Source of the DNA: a virus
Length of the DNA: 64,000 nt
IMG/VR virus record: IMGVR_UViG_3300037247_001890
Location: 32,001 to 96,000 of that record
Strand: one strand, 5' to 3'
Shown here: piece by piece, positions 55,883 through 64,000 of the stretch
Position numbering within the stretch: position 1 is the first letter of the stretch
How the letters are laid out: each line of letters starts with the position of its first letter
Program-made: the position numbers and the translations under genes
The notes under the pieces: model-generated
Told to the model about the DNA's origin: nothing
The model's database searches: none
Seen by the model: only the letters and a program-made list of their open reading frames with translations

Positions 55883-56451
55883 GCCCTATACGCGTTTTTG
55901 ATTGTGTTCATTATGTCTGTTCCGGGACATGATTTTTTACGACCTGATTTCACTTCGCAGTGTCCTATAACATTTTTTTCTTGGATGTCCCATATATTAG
56001 AAACCATTAAATGGTCTGTTAATTCTATTAAAGCTTTTAGTTGTGCTTTGGTTGGTTTCTCTTTACCTTCATGATCAGGTCCGGAGAAATCGCCCAAAAT
56101 ACAAATACCTAAGCTTTTTTTATTCATACGATTTGAACCAGCATGCCAAACGATATCCCAGTGATAATTGCACTTGTATATAGTCCCGCTACGCTCGATG
56201 GTGTAATGGTATGCTATCGCGGGTGCTCCTTTAGCTGATAAATGATTCCTCTCCCAGTCCTCAACTATACCATCCATATTTCTGTCACCAGTAGGAGTAA
56301 CATGATACTTGGCAATACCACGTGTGGTACAACCTTTGCAAGCAGCTTGATGGACAACTATAGTAGTTATCTTATGACTCTTACGAAATTTCCAGATTCG
56401 ATTGACATCCGGATTCCTAGGCAGTTCTTCTGCAACATCAACTATTTTCAT
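55879..56451 (-). CDS. N-acetylmuramoyl-L-alanine amidase (endolysin)
   Basis: IVVHQ; IAYHY; VWHAG; SLGICILG; GH...KSCPG. Confidence 0.9.
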   Translation of the reverse strand: MKIVDVAEELPRNPDVNRIWKFRKSHKITTIVVHQAACKGCTTRGIAKYHVTPTGDRNMDGIVEDWERNHLSAKGAPAIAYHYTIERSGTIYKCNYHWDIVWHAGSNRMNKKSLGICILGDFSGPDHEGKEKPTKAQLKALIELTDHLMVSNIWDIQEKNVIGHCEVKSGRKKSCPGTDIMNTIKNAYRA

Positions 56452-56689
56452 TGTTTTCGTTATCTCTTCTTGCTGTTACGACCTTTATATCTGCTTTTTT
56501 AAATAATTCTTTTCCGAAGTACGCAGCGAAAACACCACCGATAATCATGTATTGAGTTGGATCCAGAGCACCACTAGTTGTAATCATAGTGTAAATACAA
56601 CTAGCAAAAAATACAACTCCGGAACCATATGCTAAAAATCTTCTTACAGATTTCGTTGTCTCTCCACCTAAAAATTTTAAAAACTCCAT
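56438..56689 (-). CDS. putative holin
   Basis: Two TM segments, charged C-terminus, adjacent to the endolysin; start reassigned. Confidence 0.65.
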   Translation of the reverse strand: MEFLKFLGGETTKSVRRFLAYGSGVVFFASCIYTMITTSGALDPTQYMIIGGVFAAYFGKELFKKADIKVVTARRDNENNENS

Positions 56690-56699
56690 AATAAATCCT

Positions 56700-57176
56700 T
56701 TATTTTCCCAGCAGTTGTCCAGCTGCATACACAAGGGCTAAAGTTCCAACAGTGCCTATTATGATACCCGTTGTCCTAGTCTCATACCAGGCAGGTTTAA
56801 TTACTACAGTCTTAATTTTCTCTATAGTGATAATCTCTTTTTCAATAATTACTTTCATTGGTTTTATATTCAATAACTCAACTTCAAATAATTCAACAGC
56901 ACATTCTGCCCAAGCTTCCACACGTACATCGAAGTTTTCCATCTCAAATGTCTTTGTGGATTTTATTAAACCAGAATCAACTGTCTCAACAACATCTGGT
57001 GCCGATTCCATTACCACCGGTTTTATTGGATCAATCCATATTGTATCTGGTACGAAGACAGTATCTATACCTACTGTGGTTGTTTCCTCAATTATATCTG
57101 GCGAAGGTGATAGTAAGTATCCTAAGATAGCTCCTACTACTAATGCTACTATTAATAGCGTTGCGTTAATCTTCAT
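56700..57176 (-). CDS. putative spanin-like membrane protein
   Basis: N- and C-terminal hydrophobic segments, in the lysis cassette. Confidence 0.5.
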   Translation of the reverse strand: MKINATLLIVALVVGAILGYLLSPSPDIIEETTTVGIDTVFVPDTIWIDPIKPVVMESAPDVVETVDSGLIKSTKTFEMENFDVRVEAWAECAVELFEVELLNIKPMKVIIEKEIITIEKIKTVVIKPAWYETRTTGIIIGTVGTLALVYAAGQLLGK

Positions 57177-57199
57177 AATATTTTTTTCCTTAATACCAA

Positions 57200-57228
57200 A
57201 ATATAAGAATAAAAAAACCAAAAGTCCA
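57200..57228 (-). promoter_or_regulatory. sigma70-like promoter TGGACT-17-TATATT
   Basis: Upstream of the lysis cassette. Confidence 0.55.
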
Positions 57229-57248
57229 GTCATAAGTCACTCAATAAA

Positions 57249-60200
57249 TTATACATCTATACGATAAATAGTTCCTGTTGAAGAATAAGCTATTCCTGCG
57301 CCGATTCTAACGTGAAAATACATAGCGGTTTCACCGTCATTATTATCAGTACTAGAAGTTACAACTACTCTACCATTAACATCTGTTGTAGCAACATTTC
57401 GTGCTGTTTCATCTACAACACCATGTCCAGTTCCAGTTGATACTGAAAAAGTTATTGTTCGTTCACCAGTTATATCTGTTGGTGCACCAAATTGGGTTTC
57501 ACTTACCCACCATTCTACAACACCACGAGTATTAGCACCGTCAATACCATCACCATTACCAATCCTATCAGTAACTACTCCATTCATATCACAAACATCA
57601 ACTGTAAAAGTTCTTGCTGAATCACTACCACCGACAGTTATTTCGGGATATAAAATATCTTTATGTATTAGATTTCCATCATGCGTAAGTTCCATTTTAA
57701 CGCTTCTAGTATCGTCTTCTGTATAAAAACCTATGCCTTGTTGGTTGCTTGCTGCCCCATTAATACCAAATATACCAGCGTATGCAGACGGAGAACTAAA
57801 ATGTATTCCACATTGAGTACCAGTAGTCGTAGAAGCGTTATGAATTCTCATCCCAGGTAAATTAGATAAAGTTGTGCCAGCATATACTGTGTCATCATCA
57901 AATTGAATGAGAAACATACTTGAGCCTAGTGCTCCACGCATTGATATACTACCACCATCAGCAGAATTCGGAGTTATAGTTAGATAACTATCATCCCCTA
58001 TAGTATTTACTTTAAAGTCTGCATAATGAGTTGCATCATATTCCAGTCTAACTGCAATATCTGTTGATTCAAATCTACCACCAATTGCTATACCATTTCC
58101 TTCATTAGTTCCCCAACCATGAATACCTATTGCATCCAATCTAGTATTTGAAATATTTACATCAGACCACGCTCTAAGGGCAACTCGTTCACCAGTATAG
58201 TCATAATTCGGATCATCTTTTATATATACATCCAATGCTAGACCATCTATAGTATCTGCAAATATTGGAAAGTCATGTTGTACATTAAGTAATTGAATTA
58301 TACTTGGAGTGGTAGTGGTGTAATTATTAACAGATAATCTATTATGTTTTAATGATGATGAATCAAAACCATCAGGATTACTTGCGAAAAAAATACCATT
58401 AAAGACTTTTATACCAGCAAGTTCCCCTGAAATACTATCATCTATAAAAACCCTGAGATCATTTGATGAGTCATAAAAACTTATAGTGTTTTCAATACCA
58501 TCAATTTCTAATCTTTGTCCAGATTCAGACGATTTTATACTAACTGAACCAGTGAGTGAATCTATTAAAAATGTATTAACGTTATTACCAAATGCACGAA
58601 GCCCATATGCATCCATTTGAACATAGTTACCACCAGCGTAATTACCACCACGAATAGTAGGGGAACTTAGAAGATATCTACTAATACTAGTAGTATGTTC
58701 TACATTCCAGGCCATGTTTAGGGAATTTCCAAGTACAGCAGACAGTGAAGGCTCACTGCCGTCTACAACATGCACGGCAGGAGAATATAAAAGTAGTTTA
58801 TTTTCCTCCTCATCATTGGAATTCTTTTGAAAACATCTAAAACCTTGGACTGTAGTAGCATCTAAACTTTTATAATCTATGCCGGAATAAGTAGGAGGAG
58901 AGTACCCCGATTTGTAGTGATATAAACCGCCCCAGCTATCTGTCCCCACATAATCATCTGGGTGAACAAAACCAGTTAATAAATACCAAGGAGTTTCTTG
59001 AAATTCTACGTCGTCAATATATATAGCTGCACTTCCACTAACACTGATATTAGTAACTGATAAATATCCTTCTTCGGTATTATTTTCTGCTTCGAAATCT
59101 AGCATGTAATTGGTCCAAATGCCACTTGGAACTAATACAGGTGTATTGTCTGTTTCTAAAAAGTCATAATCTGAAATACCGTCACTTACTTTAGCTTCCC
59201 ATTCTGTTACAGCATCACCATATAGCCATATTGATGCTCTATATTGGTATCCTGCCATTATTTTTAGATAACTTTTGTTGCTATTTATTAAATAACCATT
59301 AAAATCTTCAAATATATCATCATAAACAGAAAGTTCTGTTTCGGTATTAACTGCTGTTACATAAGTTCCTTCTCCTTTTGACATATTGTATACTAAATCA
59401 TTTATGGCAACTCCGGCACTAATAAAATTAGCACCAGAATCTACTAATTTTCCAGCTAAAGTTTCTGTACAACCACCTCTAGCAGTAGTATATTTATCTG
59501 TTTTTAGACCGTCACCGGAAGCCTCTGCTACAACTTTTCTTGAATACGTACCACTATGTGCTTGTTCACTAGAAGTATCATGAGAAGAAGGATTACCAAC
59601 ATAAGTCCATCCGGTAAGACGTGTGCCAGTAAAGGCTCCGTCATCCATACTACCATTAACAATTAATTGAGTACTAACTTCTACAGCATCTATATACACT
59701 CCAGCTGATGTATCCACTTCAGAGGCAATTACATAAATTCTATTAGTTGTAGATCTTTCAGCGGTTTGAAAAGTTACAACATGGTTAGTCCAGTCATCAT
59801 ATGTTATATAAGAATTTTCATAACCAAGTTCTTTAATCCAATATCTTTGTTCGCCATTATCTATATAAATTTGCCATTTTGTTGTTTTACTAACTGAATC
59901 TAGCCAAATAGAAAATCTATATGTTTGATAACCTTCCAACGTGAATTCATCACTCTTAACACCCGACCCAACATCCGCTTCCCATAAATCACAATACCAC
60001 GAATAAGTACCATCAAGTTTAGAGGCCGCAGATCTTTGAGAAGAGATAGGGTTACCATAAGCATTCCAGTTTGCGTCTAACTCCATGCTAGGATTTGCTA
60101 CAGGATTATCATTAAAATGAATTGCATTAGGTAGTTCTAATCCAGATGCAAAATACGGATTATTATTAACAGAATCAGAATCATCAAAGGTTAAATCAGA

Positions 60201-60893
60201 GGTATGTCCTGTATTTCCACAACCAAAGAACATATCTCGCCCAATACCTCCTATAAACTTCGCCCAAATAGTGTGTCTATATCTTAAAGTCTTGTCTATA
60301 TCATAGGTATTATATGCCCAGCCTCCTGCTTCTTCACCACCTGATACTACATTGCATTCCCATACCAAATCTTGGTAACCGAAAGGATTTAGAGTACTAA
60401 TAATAGAATTATTCTCTTCACCAGACCCATATGGATCATACCCATATGGATTAGAACCCTCAGTCCAGTATCCTATGCCGCTAGGGACTGTTGTTTCATG
60501 CCACAATCTCACATCGGGAGATAGAATATTTGCTCCAGGAATTATTCGTGTACCGAATATTAATTGTGAATCGCCTCCTATAAGAAGTGTAGAACCATTC
60601 CATTGGATTGCCCCGTCTACACCGCCCAGATAAAAATGTCCGTCGATACTCATGTAAGACATCCACTCAGCACCATTGTAATATCCTAAATAAGTCTGCG
60701 TTAAGTTAAGGCCTGATTGAACAGATGGATCTGCTCCAGGCAAAACAGATGTTATAATAGTACTGTTGGCATCAAAACCAGTATAAGCTCTCGCAGCACC
60801 GGTTTTTTCGTCCTGTGTGGTTTTATAAAATGTATCACCGTCTTGTACAATATCCAAGGTTCTTACTTGGACGCCCGAATGGGTTATACTCAT
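57249..60893 (-). CDS. tail fibre / receptor-binding protein with CBM-like jelly-roll domains
   Basis: 1214 aa; repeated NPSME/NGSMD...YIDAVEV/YIDDVEF modules. Confidence 0.7.
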   Translation of the reverse strand: MSITHSGVQVRTLDIVQDGDTFYKTTQDEKTGAARAYTGFDANSTIITSVLPGADPSVQSGLNLTQTYLGYYNGAEWMSYMSIDGHFYLGGVDGAIQWNGSTLLIGGDSQLIFGTRIIPGANILSPDVRLWHETTVPSGIGYWTEGSNPYGYDPYGSGEENNSIISTLNPFGYQDLVWECNVVSGGEEAGGWAYNTYDIDKTLRYRHTIWAKFIGGIGRDMFFGCGNTGHTSDLTFDDSDSVNNNPYFASGLELPNAIHFNDNPVANPSMELDANWNAYGNPISSQRSAASKLDGTYSWYCDLWEADVGSGVKSDEFTLEGYQTYRFSIWLDSVSKTTKWQIYIDNGEQRYWIKELGYENSYITYDDWTNHVVTFQTAERSTTNRIYVIASEVDTSAGVYIDAVEVSTQLIVNGSMDDGAFTGTRLTGWTYVGNPSSHDTSSEQAHSGTYSRKVVAEASGDGLKTDKYTTARGGCTETLAGKLVDSGANFISAGVAINDLVYNMSKGEGTYVTAVNTETELSVYDDIFEDFNGYLINSNKSYLKIMAGYQYRASIWLYGDAVTEWEAKVSDGISDYDFLETDNTPVLVPSGIWTNYMLDFEAENNTEEGYLSVTNISVSGSAAIYIDDVEFQETPWYLLTGFVHPDDYVGTDSWGGLYHYKSGYSPPTYSGIDYKSLDATTVQGFRCFQKNSNDEEENKLLLYSPAVHVVDGSEPSLSAVLGNSLNMAWNVEHTTSISRYLLSSPTIRGGNYAGGNYVQMDAYGLRAFGNNVNTFLIDSLTGSVSIKSSESGQRLEIDGIENTISFYDSSNDLRVFIDDSISGELAGIKVFNGIFFASNPDGFDSSSLKHNRLSVNNYTTTTPSIIQLLNVQHDFPIFADTIDGLALDVYIKDDPNYDYTGERVALRAWSDVNISNTRLDAIGIHGWGTNEGNGIAIGGRFESTDIAVRLEYDATHYADFKVNTIGDDSYLTITPNSADGGSISMRGALGSSMFLIQFDDDTVYAGTTLSNLPGMRIHNASTTTGTQCGIHFSSPSAYAGIFGINGAASNQQGIGFYTEDDTRSVKMELTHDGNLIHKDILYPEITVGGSDSARTFTVDVCDMNGVVTDRIGNGDGIDGANTRGVVEWWVSETQFGAPTDITGERTITFSVSTGTGHGVVDETARNVATTDVNGRVVVTSSTDNNDGETAMYFHVRIGAGIAYSSTGTIYRIDV

Positions 60894-60926
60894 GGTATTA
60901 TCTTTATCCTTTTAATTTTGCCATAG

Positions 60927-62405
60927 TTATATTATCCTAGTCACACTTGATATCCAGAATTGGTGCCATTTAACTATCTCGTCTTCCGGTACCTCATAAG
61001 TGAATGCTCCAGCAGTCCCACTAAATAATTCGATGCCGCTACCTTCCATCAAGTCCCCAAGATTATTGGCAGCATGATGAACTATGCTGACCCCAGCCAA
61101 TATTCGACTAATATCATTAGTCCAAGATAATGATATTTGATTTAATGCAACAGATGTGTCCAAATTAGTAGGATCGGGAACGGAATATGTTAAAGCAATT
61201 CCACTTTCTATAGGATCACTATAATGGCCCACTGATTTGTGATAAATCTTATAATATATAGTACCTATTGCATCATAACTTTTGTCAACAATAGTAACAC
61301 TCTCTGAGCCGCTAGGAATTTCTACATTGCTAATAGTTGCTATAAGATTATAATTATTCTGATCTCCTATTGAGGACCATATTTCATACTCAGATGATTG
61401 TCCAGATGAAACCACATTCCATGTAATTTCAACGGTGTCTCCCACTTCTATAAAATCTGCTCCGGTAATAGGGTCTGGATACAAAGGCTGCCAGAACAAT
61501 CCTATAAAGCCTGGAGTTCCTGGGAATCTCTCAAAAACATTAGGATCAAACCCACTGGCTACTACCGTAATAGGAGAAGGAGTGGCAGTAGTCGATCCAA
61601 AGAAGAGAGTAGGATCTACTCCATCGGATACTACCGTAATAGGAGGAGGAGTAAAGTTAATATCCCCAAAGGGTATTACAAAAGGATCTACTCCACTTGC
61701 CACTACCGTAATAGGAGAAGGAGTAAGACTAAGTGCTCCCTCAATTACAATAGGATCCACTCCGCTAGCAACCACAGTGATAGCAGAAGGCGTGTATATA
61801 ATATCCTGACCTACTACAAAAGGATCTACTCCGCTAGCTACTACAGTAATAGGGGAAGGAGTAAATTCTATTCCAGAAAGAATTACAGTAGGATCTATTC
61901 CTTCAGCTACTACTGTAATAGGGGAAGGGGTGAAAGTAAGTGCCCCTTCTACTACTATAGGATCTATTCCACTAGATACTACCGTTATCTCAACGGGCGT
62001 AAAACTAATCGACGCAAGGACTACACCAGGATCTACTCCACTTGCCACTACCGTAATAGGAGAAGGAGTAAATTCTATTCCAGAAAGAATTACAGTAGGA
62101 TCTATTCCTTCAGATACTACAGTAATAGGGGAAGGAGTAAAACTAATTCCCCCCTCAATTACAAAAGGATCTACTCCACTAGCTACTACAGTAATAGGGG
62201 AAGGAGTAAATTCTATTCCAGAAAGAATTACAGTAGGATCTATTCCTTCAGATACTACAGTAATAGGGGAAGGCGTGAATTCTATTCCAGATTGGATTAC
62301 AAAAGGATCTATTCCACTAGATACTACAGTAATAGGGGAAGGAGTAAATTCTATTCCAGAAAATGCCTCTTCAAAATATTCATGGGCACCTACATCCCAA
62401 GCCAT
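60927..62405 (-). CDS. virion fibre protein with about 12 tandem 23-25 aa repeats and FN3-like C-terminus
   Basis: FTPSPITVVxxGxDPxV repeats; PDPTNL...ISLSW. Confidence 0.75.
   Translation of the reverse strand: MAWDVGAHEYFEEAFSGIEFTPSPITVVSSGIDPFVIQSGIEFTPSPITVVSEGIDPTVILSGIEFTPSPITVVASGVDPFVIEGGISFTPSPITVVSEGIDPTVILSGIEFTPSPITVVASGVDPGVVLASISFTPVEITVVSSGIDPIVVEGALTFTPSPITVVAEGIDPTVILSGIEFTPSPITVVASGVDPFVVGQDIIYTPSAITVVASGVDPIVIEGALSLTPSPITVVASGVDPFVIPFGDINFTPPPITVVSDGVDPTLFFGSTTATPSPITVVASGFDPNVFERFPGTPGFIGLFWQPLYPDPITGADFIEVGDTVEITWNVVSSGQSSEYEIWSSIGDQNNYNLIATISNVEIPSGSESVTIVDKSYDAIGTIYYKIYHKSVGHYSDPIESGIALTYSVPDPTNLDTSVALNQISLSWTNDISRILAGVSIVHHAANNLGDLMEGSGIELFSGTAGAFTYEVPEDEIVKWHQFWISSVTRII
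61535..62360 (-). repeat. coding tandem repeat (69-75 bp units)
   Basis: Recurring ACTACAGTAATAGGGGAAGGAGT on the plus strand. Confidence 0.9.
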
Positions 62406-64000
62406 TACGACCTCGTTGTTCCAATTATATCATCATCATATAACCCAGAGCCTGGATTTGTCAAACCACTTTCTCTTAAATCAGAATCTGTGGATTTTAA
62501 TCTATAATCATTACTCGTCCAATCTTCAAAGACATCAGCCCAGTTGGCTGGGGTGATTGGATTATCGCCATCGCCATCATCAGTTGCACAAGTATCAATC
62601 GTTGAGCTAGAAGCAGCACCAACATCAATATCATCATTATTGTTCCATATTGCACAATTCTTAATAATAATATCACCGGAATTAGCAAAGACTCCATCTA
62701 CAGTATTTGATCCTTCGATAGTACAATTATATAAATCTAAAATTGACCCATTAAACTCAATCCCTCGCCGTGGACAACCATATATAATTGTATTCCAAAC
62801 TGTTAAATTTGTATCATCATCACCAATATCAATACCCATATATCTTACAGTTGCTCCGGGGACACACCTAATAATACTATTTGATATTCTAATGTCATTA
62901 CTACTAGTAGTTTGGCCATTAATACCCAAACAAGCAGAAAATGTATCTAATGAGGAATAAATTTTGCTGAATTGAACAGCATCTAACCGGACATAATCTT
63001 CACTAATATCAAATGGATCATCATCAGTTATTTCTATTCTCCATTTGGATGAATCCCAAGATGCACCAGTAGGTCTTTCTCCCTGAACTTTGACATAATT
63101 AACAGACTCTGTTGTCCATCCATTAATATTAACCTTACTACTATCATTGCCACCGCTACTAGATCTGCAAACAGCAACACATGCTTTTCCAATTGTCGCA
63201 GTTGTTAAATCGCCCTGCTCAGTTGATTCCCACGTATTAAGAGAAGTATAATCAAACCCTGCACCACTATCAGGATCGACTACCTTACCGTATTCTAAGC
63301 TGTGATGTGCTCCTACATCATAAGAGTCAGTCGCTGCAGAACCCCTTGAATTTCCTAATACGTCGTCAGTAACAGGAAGATCAGAGTCTGCATAAAGATT
63401 TGTTCCTTTAAATATTGCTACTTCATCAAAATAATTAAGAGTAAAATCATCGCTTCCCTCATCTTGAAAAGTTACTGATCCGAACATATTTGTCTTAACT
63501 GTATAAGTTTCATTGCCAGTATCAAATATATCATCGTTCAAAGTCAATTGCGTATCGCTGTCAACCACCGTAACATAAGAATATGTACTGTCAGTATCAT
63601 TCTCAACTATAGAGCCTACCTGTGCCGCAGATAGTCCACCACCCGAGTCATTAAGCTTATTAGCCCCATAGGATGTCGCAGTACCAGTTGCGTGATTTGC
63701 ACCAAATATAATGAAAGAAGCAGGTGTTGTATCTGTTATATTGTGAGTCGAAGCCGAATCAAACGTTCCATCATAATCTGTAATACAATCATTCACTATA
63801 TTATTTTTAGCAACCATAGTACCTGAACCCCGCCTTATTCCAATATCACAATTATGAACAGTATTATTATATAAATAAGTAGATTCATTTGACTCAATTC
63901 CTCTAGAAGTAGTTCCAGTGAAATCATAAACTATATTATTCCATATATAAGCGGTAGGATTCGCATTAGGGCCGACAAAAATTCCAGTATTATTATCAGC
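62405..64000 (-). CDS. pectin-lyase-like beta-helix virion protein (partial; frame stays open to the window end)
   Basis: IWNNIVY / YNNTV / YNCTI repeats; upstream 61 codons are in frame with no stop. Confidence 0.75.
   Translation of the reverse strand, partial: ADNNTGIFVGPNANPTAYIWNNIVYDFTGTTSRGIESNESTYLYNNTVHNCDIGIRRGSGTMVAKNNIVNDCITDYDGTFDSASTHNITDTTPASFIIFGANHATGTATSYGANKLNDSGGGLSAAQVGSIVENDTDSTYSYVTVVDSDTQLTLNDDIFDTGNETYTVKTNMFGSVTFQDEGSDDFTLNYFDEVAIFKGTNLYADSDLPVTDDVLGNSRGSAATDSYDVGAHHSLEYGKVVDPDSGAGFDYTSLNTWESTEQGDLTTATIGKACVAVCRSSSGGNDSSKVNINGWTTESVNYVKVQGERPTGASWDSSKWRIEITDDDPFDISEDYVRLDAVQFSKIYSSLDTFSACLGINGQTTSSNDIRISNSIIRCVPGATVRYMGIDIGDDDTNLTVWNTIIYGCPRRGIEFNGSILDLYNCTIEGSNTVDGVFANSGDIIIKNCAIWNNNDDIDVGAASSSTIDTCATDDGDGDNPITPANWADVFEDWTSNDYRLKSTDSDLRESGLTNPGSGLYDDDIIGTTRS

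Noticed and set aside
61435-62960. Plus-strand repeat ORFs
   Set aside because: Reverse-complement shadows of the repeat fibre genes

Overview
AT-rich segment of a large (jumbo-type) tailed phage genome. Minus-strand virion, lysis and tail genes lie at both ends (1-3.4 kb and 51-64 kb: baseplate spike, probable portal, amidase/holin, tail fibres). A roughly 23 kb plus-strand translation and RNA-repair island (4.2-27.3 kb) holds tmRNA, 27 canonical tRNAs interleaved with small ORFs, several atypical or permuted tRNA-like RNAs, an RNase P RNA lacking the specificity domain, RtcB, an RNA ligase, ThyX and a DUF2828/Ro-like vWA protein followed by a multi-module Y-RNA-like transcript. It also holds a 6-unit structured RNA array and several orphan structured RNAs. 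The middle carries nucleotide/RNA metabolism genes, a single-chain beta-beta' RNA polymerase, a MoxR AAA+/vWA pair, a retron-type reverse transcriptase with a structured upstream non-coding region containing a duplicated hairpin, a DNA ligase and a glycosyltransferase. All calls come from manual motif and base-pair reading; no database searches or folding software were run.
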